64,000 nucleotides of DNA from Bigelowiella natans CCMP2755 (GCA_000320545.1 ADNK01001892.1:1-64000); one strand, 5' to 3'. Counted from the stretch's first letter, positions 29,791 to 43,100 are shown. The notes: generated by a model not told the origin, from the sequence alone. A program made the numbers and translations.

Positions 29791-30602
29791 CGAGGAGGTA
29801 TTACGTGAAAAGACGGAGAGAGAAGCAAAACAAGATAGAAACGGTTTGATTCTATCCTTTCTTCTCATACACTACTACAACTACTACTACTACTACTACT
29901 ACTACAACAACTACATATTTGTTATCAATTCCCTTGTTCTAAAAAACTTCCCATTATTACTCCTCCCCCCCCCTCCTCCTTCTTTCTCCTACTACTACTA
30001 CTACTACTACTACTATACTATTAGTAAAGTAGCGACCTTCACGACAGCGCCATTTCCTGCAAAGAGAGCTGTTGCTACGTGGCTAAGGACGTTATGAAAA
30101 GGATAGTTCCAAGGAACGATGATGCCTATCACCCCCATTGGGTACCATTCTACGCGTGCAGACTGCCATGCCACACACACATATATATATGTATGATAAA
30201 AATCAGTATATTGTAACAATGATAGAATAGACGGCGATGAGTGAGCAAGGTTAAGCAGATGATTAGAAGCAATAGTATTCTATTCTCCACTTGACCATTA
30301 TTATCTCCTGATTTTCTTCACCATATTCTCTGTCTCACACTACAACTACTACAACCTCCATCATCATCAGCAACCGCTACTACGAGTACGTACGTACTAC
30401 TACTACTACTACTACTACCTTGGTAAATGCGAGAAGAAGGGGAACATCACGGTTCTAAGATTTAAAAATGATAATGCATGTTATTACTTACACAGTTAAC
30501 AACTTATCAGTCAGCATTCATTGCTTTTCTGTTGTAGAGAATTGCTTCTTATAGTGAAAGAATTGCCGAAAGAGCAAGTAGCTGTAATTATTATTTTCAA
30601 GT

Positions 30603-30637
<35 letters not shown>

Positions 30638-31263
30638 AGGAGCAGTAGCAGCAGCAGCAGCAGCAGCACTGGGTTATTGTTACATTCTTCCTCATCCACT
30701 GGTGGGGGAGGAGGAGGAGGGGATCTGGTATCGTTACATATTCGTCGTTGATTGTTCTATAATATTAGTACTACCTCAGGTTGTAGGCACTGCTCTCCTT
30801 TAGCAACAAGCCATCTTAGCTTTTCAAGTGTAGTCATGACCTGATAAGTGGTGGCCATGGCAACGACGACGATGATGATGAGGGGGAGGAGGAGGAGGAG
30901 GAGGAGGAAGAGGAAGACACACACTAATCGTGTATGTCCTGTATTTCCAAAGATAACGTTTTATGTTGATCTAAAATAGAATTTCATCACCAGACTTACT
31001 TTCTTCTGTGCTGCATGATCAATCATATGACCATACTAACTACTACTACTACCTCGCCCAATGAAGCTTCTGCCATTGTCTTCCCTGTTTCCTCGCAACT
31101 CTTTCTTGCGATTAACTCCTACCGAAGAACCACCCACCACCAGCAGAACAACAACAACAACAACAACAATGCTAAATTTACACCGACTTTCATTTCTCGT
31201 TGCCACCATTGAACCCCTCTCATTTCTCTTCTATCTTTTCTCCTCCCGCTGTGACTGGTATCG

Positions 31264-31297
<34 letters not shown>

Positions 31298-32298
31298 GCT
31301 ACTACTATCGCCACAGCATCATCTGGTGTGATTTTCAGAGTAGTACTTGATTGTCCAGAATCCAGTCCAAAATATCCATCATAAGTGCTTTCCTCTCAGT
31401 AAAGTCGGTTTGGGACCTATACATATCGTGTTTTATCAGTAGTAGGTAACGAGATAGTTACTGCGATTAAACGACGCAACTCAAATATCTACGATTAACG
31501 ATGTAATTTCAATTATGTACTAGATAACAAAAAACAGCACTATTAGTAAACTGAACGCAGATTAGTTTCTTTTGTGTTTTGAATGTTTTTGGTGTAATCT
31601 GACGATACCAATCTTTAGCTGCTTGACTGGCACGAAGACGAGCATTCTTCACTTCTTCAGGAGTATATGCTTTCGCACCTGGTTGGCAAAGACGACATTG
31701 AAATGGCGGCTATTTTCAGAATTTTGGGATATAATGATTTTAAAGTAATGATAGGGGGGGGGGGCAACAATTGTTTTGAAACCAAAAATCTACGCAGTTG
31801 TGGCCAAAGCAGCACAATACTACCAGGTAGCTCTTCCCCAGTGGCAGGATTTCGGCATGGGATATCCTTTCCTGATGATAATTATGTCCAATAAGAAGAG
31901 GGAAAAGAAGAAGAAGAAGAAGAGGACGACGACGAAGAAGAAGAAGAAGAAGAAGAAGAAGAAGATGATGATGATAATTATGACGATTCTATGATGGTGG
32001 TCAGTGTGGTAGAGATCATAGACTTCTGATTATTACCAGATCCTCGGACACATTCCCTCTTGTAGTCTCCTCCTTTCCATTTTGGGCGGGATGGAGCTCT
32101 TCTCGCCGTGAATAAAATGGGTGTAATCCAGAAATATGTTAAATATCCAATGAGAAGTCCAAGCAGCAGCTGATTGATGACAACGTGTATCATTGTTCTA
32201 TCAATGGAACTCAGTAGAAAACGCAAAAATATAGTAAAATTTACCGTCTGCATGCTTATGCCCAGATAGGATGCAACGATTGCGATTAGACCGAGCAT
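24396..32298 (-). CDS. Aldehyde dehydrogenase, ALDH22/MSC7-like, with N-terminal hydrophobic anchor (about 20 short exons)
   Basis: Exons [85 protein letters not shown]...[10 protein letters not shown] (~30.1k), [40 protein letters not shown] (catalytic Cys motif, ~28.2k), [38 protein letters not shown]. Start and last exon are approximate. Confidence 0.88.
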
Positions 32299-34368
32299 TA
32301 TGGTGTAAAAATTCCTTCAAACAATGTGCGACTGGGGCGGAAGGGGCGACGTGTCGGATCAGTTGTTTATTGTTCCAGATGATACCGGAGTTTGTGGACC
32401 AAATGCAAGAGAAATGGCATCTATTTGTGCCCCTACGACATGAAAAAAATCAGGAATACCTAATACTAAGATACAACGACGCTGCTACTAGATCTACTAC
32501 GTCTAAATCTAGATTTTTGAAACATGTGATGGCGATGAAATCAGTTGAATTTTTCATAAAACATCGGTTTGATTGCAATATTTGAATGAAGTATGGTACA
32601 CATCTATTTTTAGAAACAATTTAATCACAAGATATTTTTTCACAGAAAACGCAAAATATGCGATGACGTTATAAGAAAAAAGGTGTATTTTCGAATCTTT
32701 TACTTTAAACACAACCGCCAAAATCTTAATTCTGTTGTAAGATAATATCGTTACACCTTGATCCACCCCTCCACGACCATCATGTCCACACTCTCTCCAC
32801 AGGAAGCTGAAATTAAAGCAGTGAAGCAGTCTGAACTTCCAGGTGTCAGCTCCAAATTATAGTTTTCTGCTTCTACCATTTATTATTATTGCAAAACAGA
32901 TTTAGAGGCTGACAAAGAGCCAGTACTCCTGGGAGGTCGTACACTTGTTGACTGAAATTTGGACCAAAAGATGATTTAAATGTGACGACAGGCGAGGAGG
33001 GAGAAGAAGAGGAGAACCAAGGAAAGTGCTACTTCTGCTACACCAAGGGACCATGTGGATGTATCTTCATGACATTCTTCATGATTCTTGGTATCATTTG
33101 TGCTTTATTGTGAATGAAGTTGCACTTGTCCATGACCCAATTGGTTATAGACCTAAGAAATACACACTGATAGGTCTCTTCTGCTGGGCCATTGGTTTCG
33201 TCTTCCGAGGCGCCGTTTGCATCATCACATGCCCTTGTCCTGGTGAGTACGTGTAGCGCAGACAAAAGGAACATCACGGCAACAACCAACACTTAACCCA
33301 TGGTCATACGACACTGCTTGTTGATTTACACATTTTCTCGCTGCAATTTGTGCTCTCAGGTTCTACCATCTGTAATTGCTGCGCCGATCTTGCCTCCTGG
33401 TAGTGTTCTACGAGTTTATGCGTTTCATGAATCACTTTTTTGCAGAAGCTGATTGTGTGTGCCCATTTTCGTAGGATGATATCCATTCCAGCAAAGATGG
33501 GAAAGTGCATTGCTGGAGCCTGTCCTTGTTAGGAAATGGTGGTGCTGCAGTGGGTGATTACATTTTCAAATCAATTGCTGAGAAAGACTAATTGGCGACA
33601 TTTTGACTAGTTGAGTGCAGCACGCATTGGCATTCTCAATCATTCCCGTGCGTCCTCTCCTTGGACCACATCTAGCAGATGTCAACTTAAAATATGATTC
33701 ATCCATTGATGCAATGATCTTCGCGTTTCATTGTTCATCACCATGATCACTTCTAGACTTTCATGTCTAGGACTAGAGCAGATGTGCGCACATCTAGATG
33801 TAGATGCACTATAGCTCTATAGAGCGCACGGTGTCTATCTGCATACATATGTGTGCCGACATATACATCGATAGAGTGGTTGAGCTTATGATTTCTGTAT
33901 GGCGCTCGAACACCGAACTGCCAAATTTGGCACCGAATCTCATCGTTATAGCGTAGATTGTAGCATCGTAGGCAGCAGTCTGTGAAGTTGTTTCATTGAT
34001 CGATGCATGGCATCGCAAGCGCAGCTAGGGTGCACGGCACGCACGTCATTGGTGCAATGCGAGATCGATTTCAAGCCTTGCATGACCAATCTAGCAATGC
34101 TCCAAGCGCTGTCCGCCAGCTGTGCACGTTCAGCGAACAAGATGTTGTTGATGTCGCCCATGCGCTCGCCTGCTGGCAATGAATGTCCATCTGGAACAAA
34201 CTGTGAACACAGTGTGCATTGTGGCGCACGCCAGCACGGCGCCACGATGCAGTTTGCCGCCCGACCACGACGAGCCCCCTGTTGGCCTGTGCTGGCCCGA
34301 CAAGCTAGCAAGGCCGCATGCAAAAGTGCACACGTGCAGCGTTGGACACGGCCAAGTGGCGCTCAGCG

Positions 34369-34866
34369 TGTCGCGACATGGCAAAGTGAAAAGCTCACTC
34401 ACTTTGCGGAAGTCTCTCAGGAGTTTCGCGCATCGCGACATGGCTAGATGGCAGCGTGAAAAGCCATGTCGCGACATGGCAAAGTGAAAAGCCATGCGTC
34501 GTCGCACCTGCAACAACGATTCAGACACAACTCATCAGAACTCAAAAGTCCAAGTGACACATTGAGATCAGAACTCAACTGCACAAGCAAGCAACCAAGC
34601 AACCAAGCACACTCAGAACTCAAACGACCAAGTGACATCAGAACTCAAACGTTCAAGTGACAAAGCAACTCAAGAACCAAGCAACAATGCAACTCAACGA
34701 CTCATGCGGCTTCAGTTCTCAACACGAGACCGCATTGCACCACGCCCAATGCTGCAACAATCGACAGCTGCACTCGATGCAGAACGAATCGGTTGCATGC
34801 GAGGGCGCACATTGCTGCAACAATCGACAGCCTGCACGTGACGCAGAACGAATCGGTTGCATGCAA
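34369..34866 (+). repeat. Cluster of short imperfect direct repeats inside island 3
   Basis: GTCGCGACATGGCAAAGTGAAAAGC x2; TCAGAACTCAA x4; CAAGTGACA x3; TGCTGCAACAATCGACAGC...GCAGAACGAATCGGTTGCATGC x2. Confidence 0.8.
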
Positions 34867-34926
34867 CAGTGCGTGTGCGTCTCAACTTCAACCCTGCGAC
34901 ACGCGTGCTTCTGCACACGCGCGCAG

Positions 34927-35182
34927 CACCTCAGATCCATCACCGCGGCACGCTGACCGATCAGCGTCACCCATTCCGAAGCACGCAGCTTGCCTTGACG
35001 AAGAGTTCAAGGACAACAGCCCGGCTGCGGCCGTTCTGCATGCGAATGGTTTCAATGCCGCGTCGCATCATCGCACTGCGCCTGCTGCCATGCAGGCTGA
35101 GCAAGTTCAGACAATCAACAAGGACACTGACAGCATGCCAACTCCCACGCAAGCGATGAATGCACAAACCGAAGGCGCGACA
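34927..35182 (-). repeat. Dispersed repeat copy B (inverted relative to 23479-23733)
   Basis: About 98% identical to the reverse complement of 23479-23733. The shared peptides appear in the ORF track (PRHADRSASPIPKHAACLDEEFKDNS). Confidence 0.95.
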
Positions 35183-36574
35183 GCACGATGCATGTGATGA
35201 TGTGCACAACGCATGTGACATGCACGTGTGCACGTGCGTGTGTCTGTTGTGTGATCGAACAAGGCGTTTCAATTGTGCAAATTGCACACTTGCACGATGC
35301 ATGTGTGCACACATTCGATCATGCAAGACATCGATCCACCGCACATGCATGCTTTCACATTTTCGATGTTGTCGCACGCAAAAACTCGGTGATTTTCAAA
35401 TGCATGCATGCATGAGCTTGGCTTGAACTTGACGCTCAGACGCCTGTCAGTCCACAGCTCAGACGAGTGCAGATGCAATGCGTGGTGGTGTGTGGACAAC
35501 GCAACACTCCGGACACGTCACATTGCACCATCCATGCAGCCATCCACACTGTGTGCCATTCAGCACAGCTAGCCATGCGTGCTGTGATTGTGATGGTGGC
35601 ATGTGCCATCTTCATTTGACCGTGCGTGCTGCGCGCGCATGCAGGCGCGTTCCCCACCACTAGACCCTGACATCGATGGCTGAAACATCATGAACCAACA
35701 GATTCATGCAACGCATCAGCCCTGTAGCCGCTGCCATGCTGCACCACATGGTGCATTGCACAGCTACATGTGAGGATCACAATTGCGAACAAATTTAATT
35801 GATTGAGCGCGTCCGTCTCACCCTGACGGTGTTTGATTTGTCGATCCGAATTCACATTTGTCGCACACGCATGTGCAAGGTCACACATGTGCTCGCTATC
35901 GGTTAGCACATATTCAAGCATGAAATGTCCAAGCGCACTCAGCACTGCAGCCGGAGCGCACTCCACAACTTGTCACACCCATATCGCACGCGAAATTGCA
36001 ACTCGCAATGAGCTTCCGATGGCGTCGCACAGCGTTGACATCTGGGTCTGGAATTGAATCATGTGCTCATTGGCGCAATGCAATAATGGAAATGTGGCAA
36101 ACACACTGCTGTGTTTTAAGCGAGGCAATCCTTTTTTAACTCTTCAGCAAAACCAAAAATCTCAACAAATTGTAGTGCACGACAAACAGTATATACAGAG
36201 AGACCCATCAACATGCATGTGGATCAAAGATGGCGTACATTGCTGTGTCTCTATGGCATTTGTTTTATATGCAGTTTCGCACACGTGTGAGAATGCAGGA
36301 CATGCGAGGCACTTTAGAACACTTGATCTCGAGTTCATTACAGATATAGAGACCCAATCACTTGATGCATACTTTGCAATATGTGCACAATATGGGGCTC
36401 TAGTTGACATCTGCAAAGTACGAAATGCAGTGTCTCGAGCTGAGAGCAGCGAGGGTTGACTGGACGAACCAGCACGATTTGAAAATTTGTGAAAAGGAAC
36501 AAGCTGGCGCAGCGGCATGACTCGAGCTGACTGAAATGAACCACACATTCGCCACAACCTTCGACTTCCTTGCT

Positions 36575-38426
36575 TCAGATTTTTCTTTGATCGGAAGAAA
36601 GCTGAGATGTCCAGCAGATTGTTTGATTCACAGCAGCAATGTCAGAACAGCTGCGATTATTCCAAAGTTGATTCAGTTCCATGTCCTTCGGAATGTTATG
36701 ACTCCTATTTGCAAGGCTACTGCCCCTTGAAGTTTTCTTACCAACAGAGGAGAAAATCTCGGGGGGGTCAGAGCTGCTACTTGCTATTTGTTTCTGGAGT
36801 TTCTTTAGCGTTGACTGAATTTGAGAGATGTATTCTCGATTTGCTTCCGGACTGATGCCTTTGACCATGATACGTCCCACACGTTCGGTTTCATTTCCAT
36901 TACTGCTTAGCCCTTTTTTCTCGCGACTCCGTTCTTCCTTATCTTCTTTTGGCGCACAAACCACACGGTGAGAACAATAATAATAATAGGAGAAGCATCC
37001 TCAAACCGCTGACAATTCCTCCAATGAGACCAAAAACAATGTAACCAAGATAGAAAGTCCATCTCTTCGCTGCGTTTCAAAGTAGGTGCATTGTAAGGAT
37101 TACAGGCGGAAAAGTAGTCCTCAAACGACGTGTTGGAATCTGTTTTCATGATGCATCATCCATCTTTGAGCCCCGAATAAATGTCTGTAAATTGGGTTGA
37201 CTCATCTTTCGACGAAATGAATTATTATCAGCAAATGTCTGTAAATTGGGTTGACTCATCTTTCGACGAAATGAATTATTATCAGCAAATGTCTGTAAAT
37301 TGGGTTGACTCATCTTTCGACGAAATGAATTATTATCAGCAAATGTCTGTAAATTGGGTTGACTCATCTTTCGACGAAATGAATTATTATCAGCAAATGT
37401 CTGTAAATTGGGTTGACTCATCTTTCGACGAAATGAATTATTATCAGCAAATGTCTGTAAATTGGGTTGACTCATCTTTCGACGAAATGAATTATTATCA
37501 GCATATCCCATCCAATTCCAGAAAGAAGCTTCCGAAATTAGTGCCAGTGTTGGAAAATTATAAAGTATTTGCAGCGTGGAACAGTAGTAAGATCAGAATA
37601 CTCAAGCCTAGAGAGTTCTAGGCCCACTCGAATCTAAGTATTGCTCACATGAATATTGCATCGTAGTCCTCCTGACATGTTCTGTTCCTAAAATGATGAA
37701 AGTAACACTTCATATTTGCATCGGTAGCCAGGCCTGGGGGCCTCCAATCATTTTGCGTACAGCTGAAGAGGAAATCAAGTGTAGGATCATAAAAGTAATC
37801 TCGATAGGGGAAAAACCGTAAAATTAGGCAATCCGATGACGAATGAGTGTTTAGCCCAAGAGTCTTCATAAGATGTTGGGACTGCTTGCACGTCGATAGT
37901 ATAATTGACTCGTTCATCCATTTTGGCAAATACCACACCCATGTCATAAACGAGCTGAATAACGAGCTGAATATCGATTTCTATTCCCGTTTCTAAATCG
38001 TTAGCCTTTCCCAGCATCATAATCCTCCTTTGTAAGTTTGACCTGCTTTGCAACACAAGTTCACTACTATCGTATAGATATATAGACCCCTAAGAACCGA
38101 GCGAAAGGAGGTTTCATCATCCCATCTATTTGAGATTATTTTTGACTTGACTATCGGCCAACCCATCAGTATTTCCTCACAAATTAAGTCTTCGGTAAAA
38201 TTCATAGCCTCCAATTTGGACTTGTCAATAACTGTTGAGGATTCTTTCCAGAATCAAAGAGCGAACCGACTTTAGAAATCCCAGGTTGGCGGACGACGAT
38301 CGTGAAGGCGACCATTTTAAGAGCATAATAAACGGCTTAGCCGACGACAATAACGATTGCAAGGAAACTAAACACGATCGTCATTATCGATCCATGTCGG
38401 ACATTAGAGATTTTTTCGCTCCTTGA
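36575..38426 (-). pseudogene. Fragmented, apparently intronless coding-like region of unknown origin
   Basis: Consecutive - strand ORF pieces in shifting frames (38017-38214, 37787-38056, 37645-37947, 37146-37511, 36907-37149, 36575-36964). No microsatellites. No domain recognised. Confidence 0.35.
37179..37502. repeat. Perfect tandem repeat, 6 x 54 bp
   Basis: Unit AAATGTCTGTAAATTGGGTTGACTCATCTTTCGACGAAATGAATTATTATCAGC, with no spacers. Confidence 0.97.
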
Positions 38427-38470
38427 TTTTGGGAAACACATTCGAATTAACGAAGATAGGACTATAGCTT

Positions 38471-38520
<50 letters not shown>

Positions 38521-38631
38521 CCTGGGGGATGGAGGATGAGACAGAACCAGCTACTTATAGGAGGAGTAGGTACTCATAAGAGTATACCGAGGGTAATTAA
38601 GAGATATTAAAAAATGGAAAAATAGGTTTAA

Positions 38632-38838
38632 ATTGTTGTCGCAGGTACAAAATCCCTCTGGTTTTTGCGAAAGTTGTTCCCCATTGTTGTCGCAGGAACG
38701 ATATCCCTTATGTTTTTTGCGGAAGTTGATCCCTATTGTTATCGCAGGAACGATATCCCTTATGTTTTTTGCGGAAGTTGATCCCTATTGTTGTCGCAGG
38801 AACGATATCCCTTATGTTTTTTGCGGAAGTTGATCCCT
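38632..38838. repeat. Tandem repeat, 4 x ~52 bp (each two related ~26-bp halves)
   Basis: Unit ATTGTTGTCGCAGGAACGATATCCCTTATGTTTTTTGCGGAAGTTGATCCCT. The first copy is diverged; the last three are near-identical. Confidence 0.93.
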
Positions 38839-39004
38839 TTTTTCATTCTTCATCACCTGTGAGTCATCAGACATCGGCAATGTTTCACTGAGATGAAAGG
38901 GGGGCGGGGGTGAAGGAAAGAATGAACGAAATGTCCCCAATCAGCTAGCAACAGTAGTTGTAAAAGGGGGAGGTTAAGGTAGAAGAGCCTTGTGTTCGTA
39001 TCAA

Positions 39005-40116
39005 ATGAAAACTAGAGGAAGAAGACTCCTCAAAGCAGCGGAAAGGATCATCGTCTTGACGACTGCAGCAGTGGTAATGACACTTCATTGAAATTTAATG
39101 TGATCTTCTTCCAAAGCAACATCAAACTCTAAGTTGCATCCGATGAATGGTTGACACCAGATATCCGGGAGGCTATGGCAAAGAGGCTTGTGTGGCTTAT
39201 GTTTCGCTATTATAGTCGTCGGGTCTCTCGGTAAGAAATAAGTACAAGTACACTCGAAGGAAGAAGGGTGTTGGTCAACTGAAACGATGTTATGTGTGGT
39301 GGTGGGTCCTACCAGGTTTAATAGCAGAGGAAGGAGAAGACTGTTTCAAAAATAGCAGCGATTATGAGGAACAAATTCGGATGAATTATCGACCAAAAGC
39401 ATGTAAGTAATAATCCATTGAATGAAAGTGGATGCCAATCAGAAGAAGTTGAATATTGTGAATGTTTTATTTGGATTTGCTATATGTATATTTTCACAAC
39501 AAACAGCTACTGGCATAACCATTTCCCAGATGGCTCTCATCCTTCCAACCTGGTATTAAGTAAACAGCGATCGATGTCGTAGTATCCCCTAATAGGATAG
39601 AATGGCTAGATAAGGGAGGAGGGCTGCTTCCCCTATTGTGCGCTCTCTCAAGTTTTGCTACAATGGAAAAATCGTGTCCGCATGCTTGATTGCGTCGTCG
39701 GTGAACCTAATTTTTGTTCTGTTGATCGAGAAATGATTCTTGAGCGGGTCAGTTCTACTGACACACACTGCTATTATTATTATTGGCATGATTATCACGA
39801 TATGTCCGGTGTTAGCCTTATTGTGCTGGTTCATGGGGGACAAACGACTTCAGCTGCCTACATACCAGCTCAGGCTCTTATTTTGACAACAATGTACTTT
39901 TGTTAGTGCCTCTTCAAGTTATTCATTGTAGTAGTTTCACAATAACAACTAGCGTATCGTTATTATGAGTAGTTTCTTTAGGTCGAATCGCTTCCTATAG
40001 CATATCGTTATCATGAGTATATTTTTTAGGTTGAATCGCTTCCTGTATTGGGCTCCAAGCTGGCGTTTATACGTCCTAGTCTCATCTTTCATGATTTGCT
40101 TAATTGGTAATAATTG

Positions 40117-40159
<43 letters not shown>

Positions 40160-43100
40160 TACACAGCCAATAAAGAGAGAAAACATATTTATAGTCGTCT
40201 TTGTGGTAAATGCCGTATGAAAGAAGAAGAGGGAGGAAAAAAAGAAACAGACCGATGAATTAAAATGTAAATGCTTTGGTTTTTAATATTATCAATTCAG
40301 GATCCACTATTTTCCCTGCTCTATTGCAACTATTCCTTTCCGGAAGTAGTAGCAGCAGCGACATCATAATCATCACTACAACTGGTTTTAATGAATTGCG
40401 GAGAGTCTTATGGGTGTCATCAGTTATTGGATCACAGGCATTCATGCTGCATATGTTTGCTGTTTCTGGATTTTCTCGGAGTTTTTCTAGGGGAGAATTG
40501 GAATTGTAATGACATATTAGTGATAGTGATAAAGTCATCAAGATAGCGATCATAGAATACTAGTACTTTGAGGGTGGCATTCGCATCAATTCCATCACCC
40601 TTTCCAGGGAGATTGATTCTACCCGTATCTCCATCAATTATGCTTTGTTGCTAGAAACCATGCATCCATTTAATTTCTACCTTTTTATTCATCTTTGGCG
40701 TAATCTTTACTCAATTTCTTCAACAGATAACGATATGAATATAGAATCATCTCAACATCAAGCTAATCAAATTCCCCCTTTGTATCAGAACCTCGGTGTT
40801 GCTGTCTCTGCCAATGGCAAACAGCGTTATGAGGCTTTTATTGAGACTGCTCCTTCTAATGCAGCCAATACAGCAAGAAGAAGAGTGGAAAGGGATGAAT
40901 GATGAAGGAGGAAGCTGCTATCTTATTATTTGGTTTCATTAAATTTACTAGTGAAGGAAGATAGTTATCAAAATATTAAAAATAATAAATAGTAGTGGTA
41001 TAACGAGTTCTTCTAAATGCACAACAAACGTACAAGCATATGATACTAATAATTCGTCTTTCAAAAATGGAAGGAACTCACAAATTTAGTTAACTCTTGC
41101 TCACATAATTTATTCGTCTAGCTTTTATGGATTCTTATGATTACCAATTTATGGTTGTGCTTGATTGGTATCCAATTATAATTTATCTACAACACAAATA
41201 GTGTATTTGTGGTCTTATATTTTCCCAGTTGTTCTTCTTCATCTGTATCTGGAGAATTCGCTCTTATTTGTGAGGCTGCTATTGTTGGTGAGTGGCCGAA
41301 AAAGAAAAAAGGGGAAATCGATCAAATTTGAGCACTGCTTGTTATGTAGAGTTTGCATTAATATTCGCAGAATTGTGCAATATTATCGAGGACATTATTT
41401 ATGCATACAATTAAAAGGAACTTAAATTATTCTATTATTATTGCTTGCAACATCAGGAATGCTTCTCTCGATAGTTTTGAGTGCTCAATTTCTCAGAAAT
41501 TCAAGAAGTATGGTATTAAAAGAAAGAAAAGGTGAAGCATCTAAAACAATAGCAAGAAAATGATAAGTGACAATACAGGAGCCTTAAATTTCTTCGTATT
41601 TCCATACATCAGTATCAATTTCTACTATAGTTCGTGCCTCTACGTCAAAAGGTTTATGTCATGCTGACGAGCACAGAAAGAAGTCAATCATAGCTACCGG
41701 AGTACTCACTTCATCCTTTTTATCTACGGGGTAGTATCTGGAGCTAAAATTTATATGTCTCAAAATATTGGGGAAAAATTAAATGAATTTTTCCCCTACA
41801 ATGATTAAATTGATAGCTGTCACAGTCTAAGTTATCGGCCTACTTGAACTAGTTGTAATAGTAGTTGTGAACAAAACTAGTATAGTGTAAATAGAAGAAT
41901 AATGTAACCTTTTTGAAAACGTTTGTATTTCTGTTATAATTTGATTTTTACTAGGTACTTTCTAGCATACTTCTACATCAATAGAAATCCAATATCATGG
42001 TTGTTGAAGGTATATGAAAAAATACCGATGTAGTAGAAATAGGGAAAAAAGTTGAAATACTGTGTTCTGAGTTGTTTCTTTTTGCATTTTGTAGCTTTTA
42101 CAGCCCCCTTTCTGGATCATGGCTATTATACTAGATTTATTACCTTTCTCTTCGGATGTTCTGGGTAACAAGAACGATATTAATGGCAGTAGCGAGACGG
42201 CAACTCTTCCGGCATCATCTTCGGTGGAATTGAATGGAAAAGAAAACCCAACCAACGCAAAATTCACTCCATTCTTTATTGTAAGAATATTATTTTATTG
42301 ATTCTTCTATCAAAATTACTAACATATTATCCATGATTGTGATACTGGAAAGGTCATTTACTGGTTTATAGTTCTTATTCCGGGAATAATATTTTCGCCT
42401 ACACCTAGCAATTACAACGGCCAGAGTAGATACCAGAAGTCTTATTCTTCACCTACCACTAATATTTCCACCGTTGAGATAAAAAAGAAAAGAAAACAAG
42501 GCAACGAAGTGAAGGAACGACATTTCCATAGCTTATTGAAACAGAATAAAGTAGATTCTGCATCATCTTCTTTGATATTTTCATTATTTTCTTTCTACAA
42601 ATGGAATGAGGCGACAATATCAACGATAACAGCACGCAAGGTATAATAAACATTGTTGGCAAGATAACATTTTGCCACCAATTCAACATGATAATATCAT
42701 TATTTTACAATATTTTCTTATATTTTTTTGTTAATTTTATTCCAAAAAAATTCTTTGCTCCGTCTGATTGATTTATGTTGTCTTTATTTATTCTGGCACT
42801 TTAAATTTCGAAGTGGTACCATTTCCTTGCTGCTATAGCTTTCACACCCTGCATTGCATTAAATCCGGAATTCATGGCCTTTGCGTTTATTGGGGTATTG
42901 TAGAATAATTATAGATTGCAATGATAATGATTTCAATTAATTATACTTTCAATTTAAAAAGACACAATATTTTAAATATCTTTAGCTATTAGTATATTAC
43001 TGAGCTATTACACAATTTTTTCAATATAATCCTCTCATTTAACAAAGAGTAGCCGTTATATTCCTATCAACTGAATATATATTTTACTCTTCAGACATAA

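Larger units (their letters stand above)
33971..35724. other. TpA-depleted island 3 core (degenerate repeat/TE-like; partial depletion extends about 33.5-36.5 kb)
   Basis: About 1,750 bp with six TA, all in CTAG (34025, 34091, 34305, 34444, 35569, 35660); none in 34448-35568. Confidence 0.92.

Noticed and set aside
3829-31994. Numerous short ORFs with poly-V/L/Y/M/T/I runs
   Set aside because: They are translations of intronic trinucleotide and dinucleotide microsatellites or antisense frames.
32750-33510. Small - strand ORFs upstream of the ALDH gene
   Set aside because: No recognisable domain, and I could not build a consistent exon chain.
33971-35724. CpG-methylation decay or classical RIP as the cause of TG/CA richness
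   Set aside because: CpG is abundant here and TA is absent. RIP would raise TA, and 5mC decay would deplete CpG.
33971-35724. Bacterial contamination or HGT explaining the higher-GC islands
   Set aside because: No coherent coding frame, gradual borders, and overlap with a host exon in island 1. CTAG is retained, whereas many bacteria avoid it.
37179-37502. Possible CRISPR array
   Set aside because: Identical head-to-tail units with no unique spacers, no cas genes, and a eukaryotic context.
38470-38520. (AGT)n run as a Polinton/Maverick terminus
   Set aside because: Such runs are ubiquitous in the window; no pPolB, integrase or matching inverted end is seen.
39949-40553. Separate - strand gene suggested by ORFs 39949-40170 and 40260-40553
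   Set aside because: Better explained as antisense to + strand dolichol kinase exons (SRSFSRGE motif).
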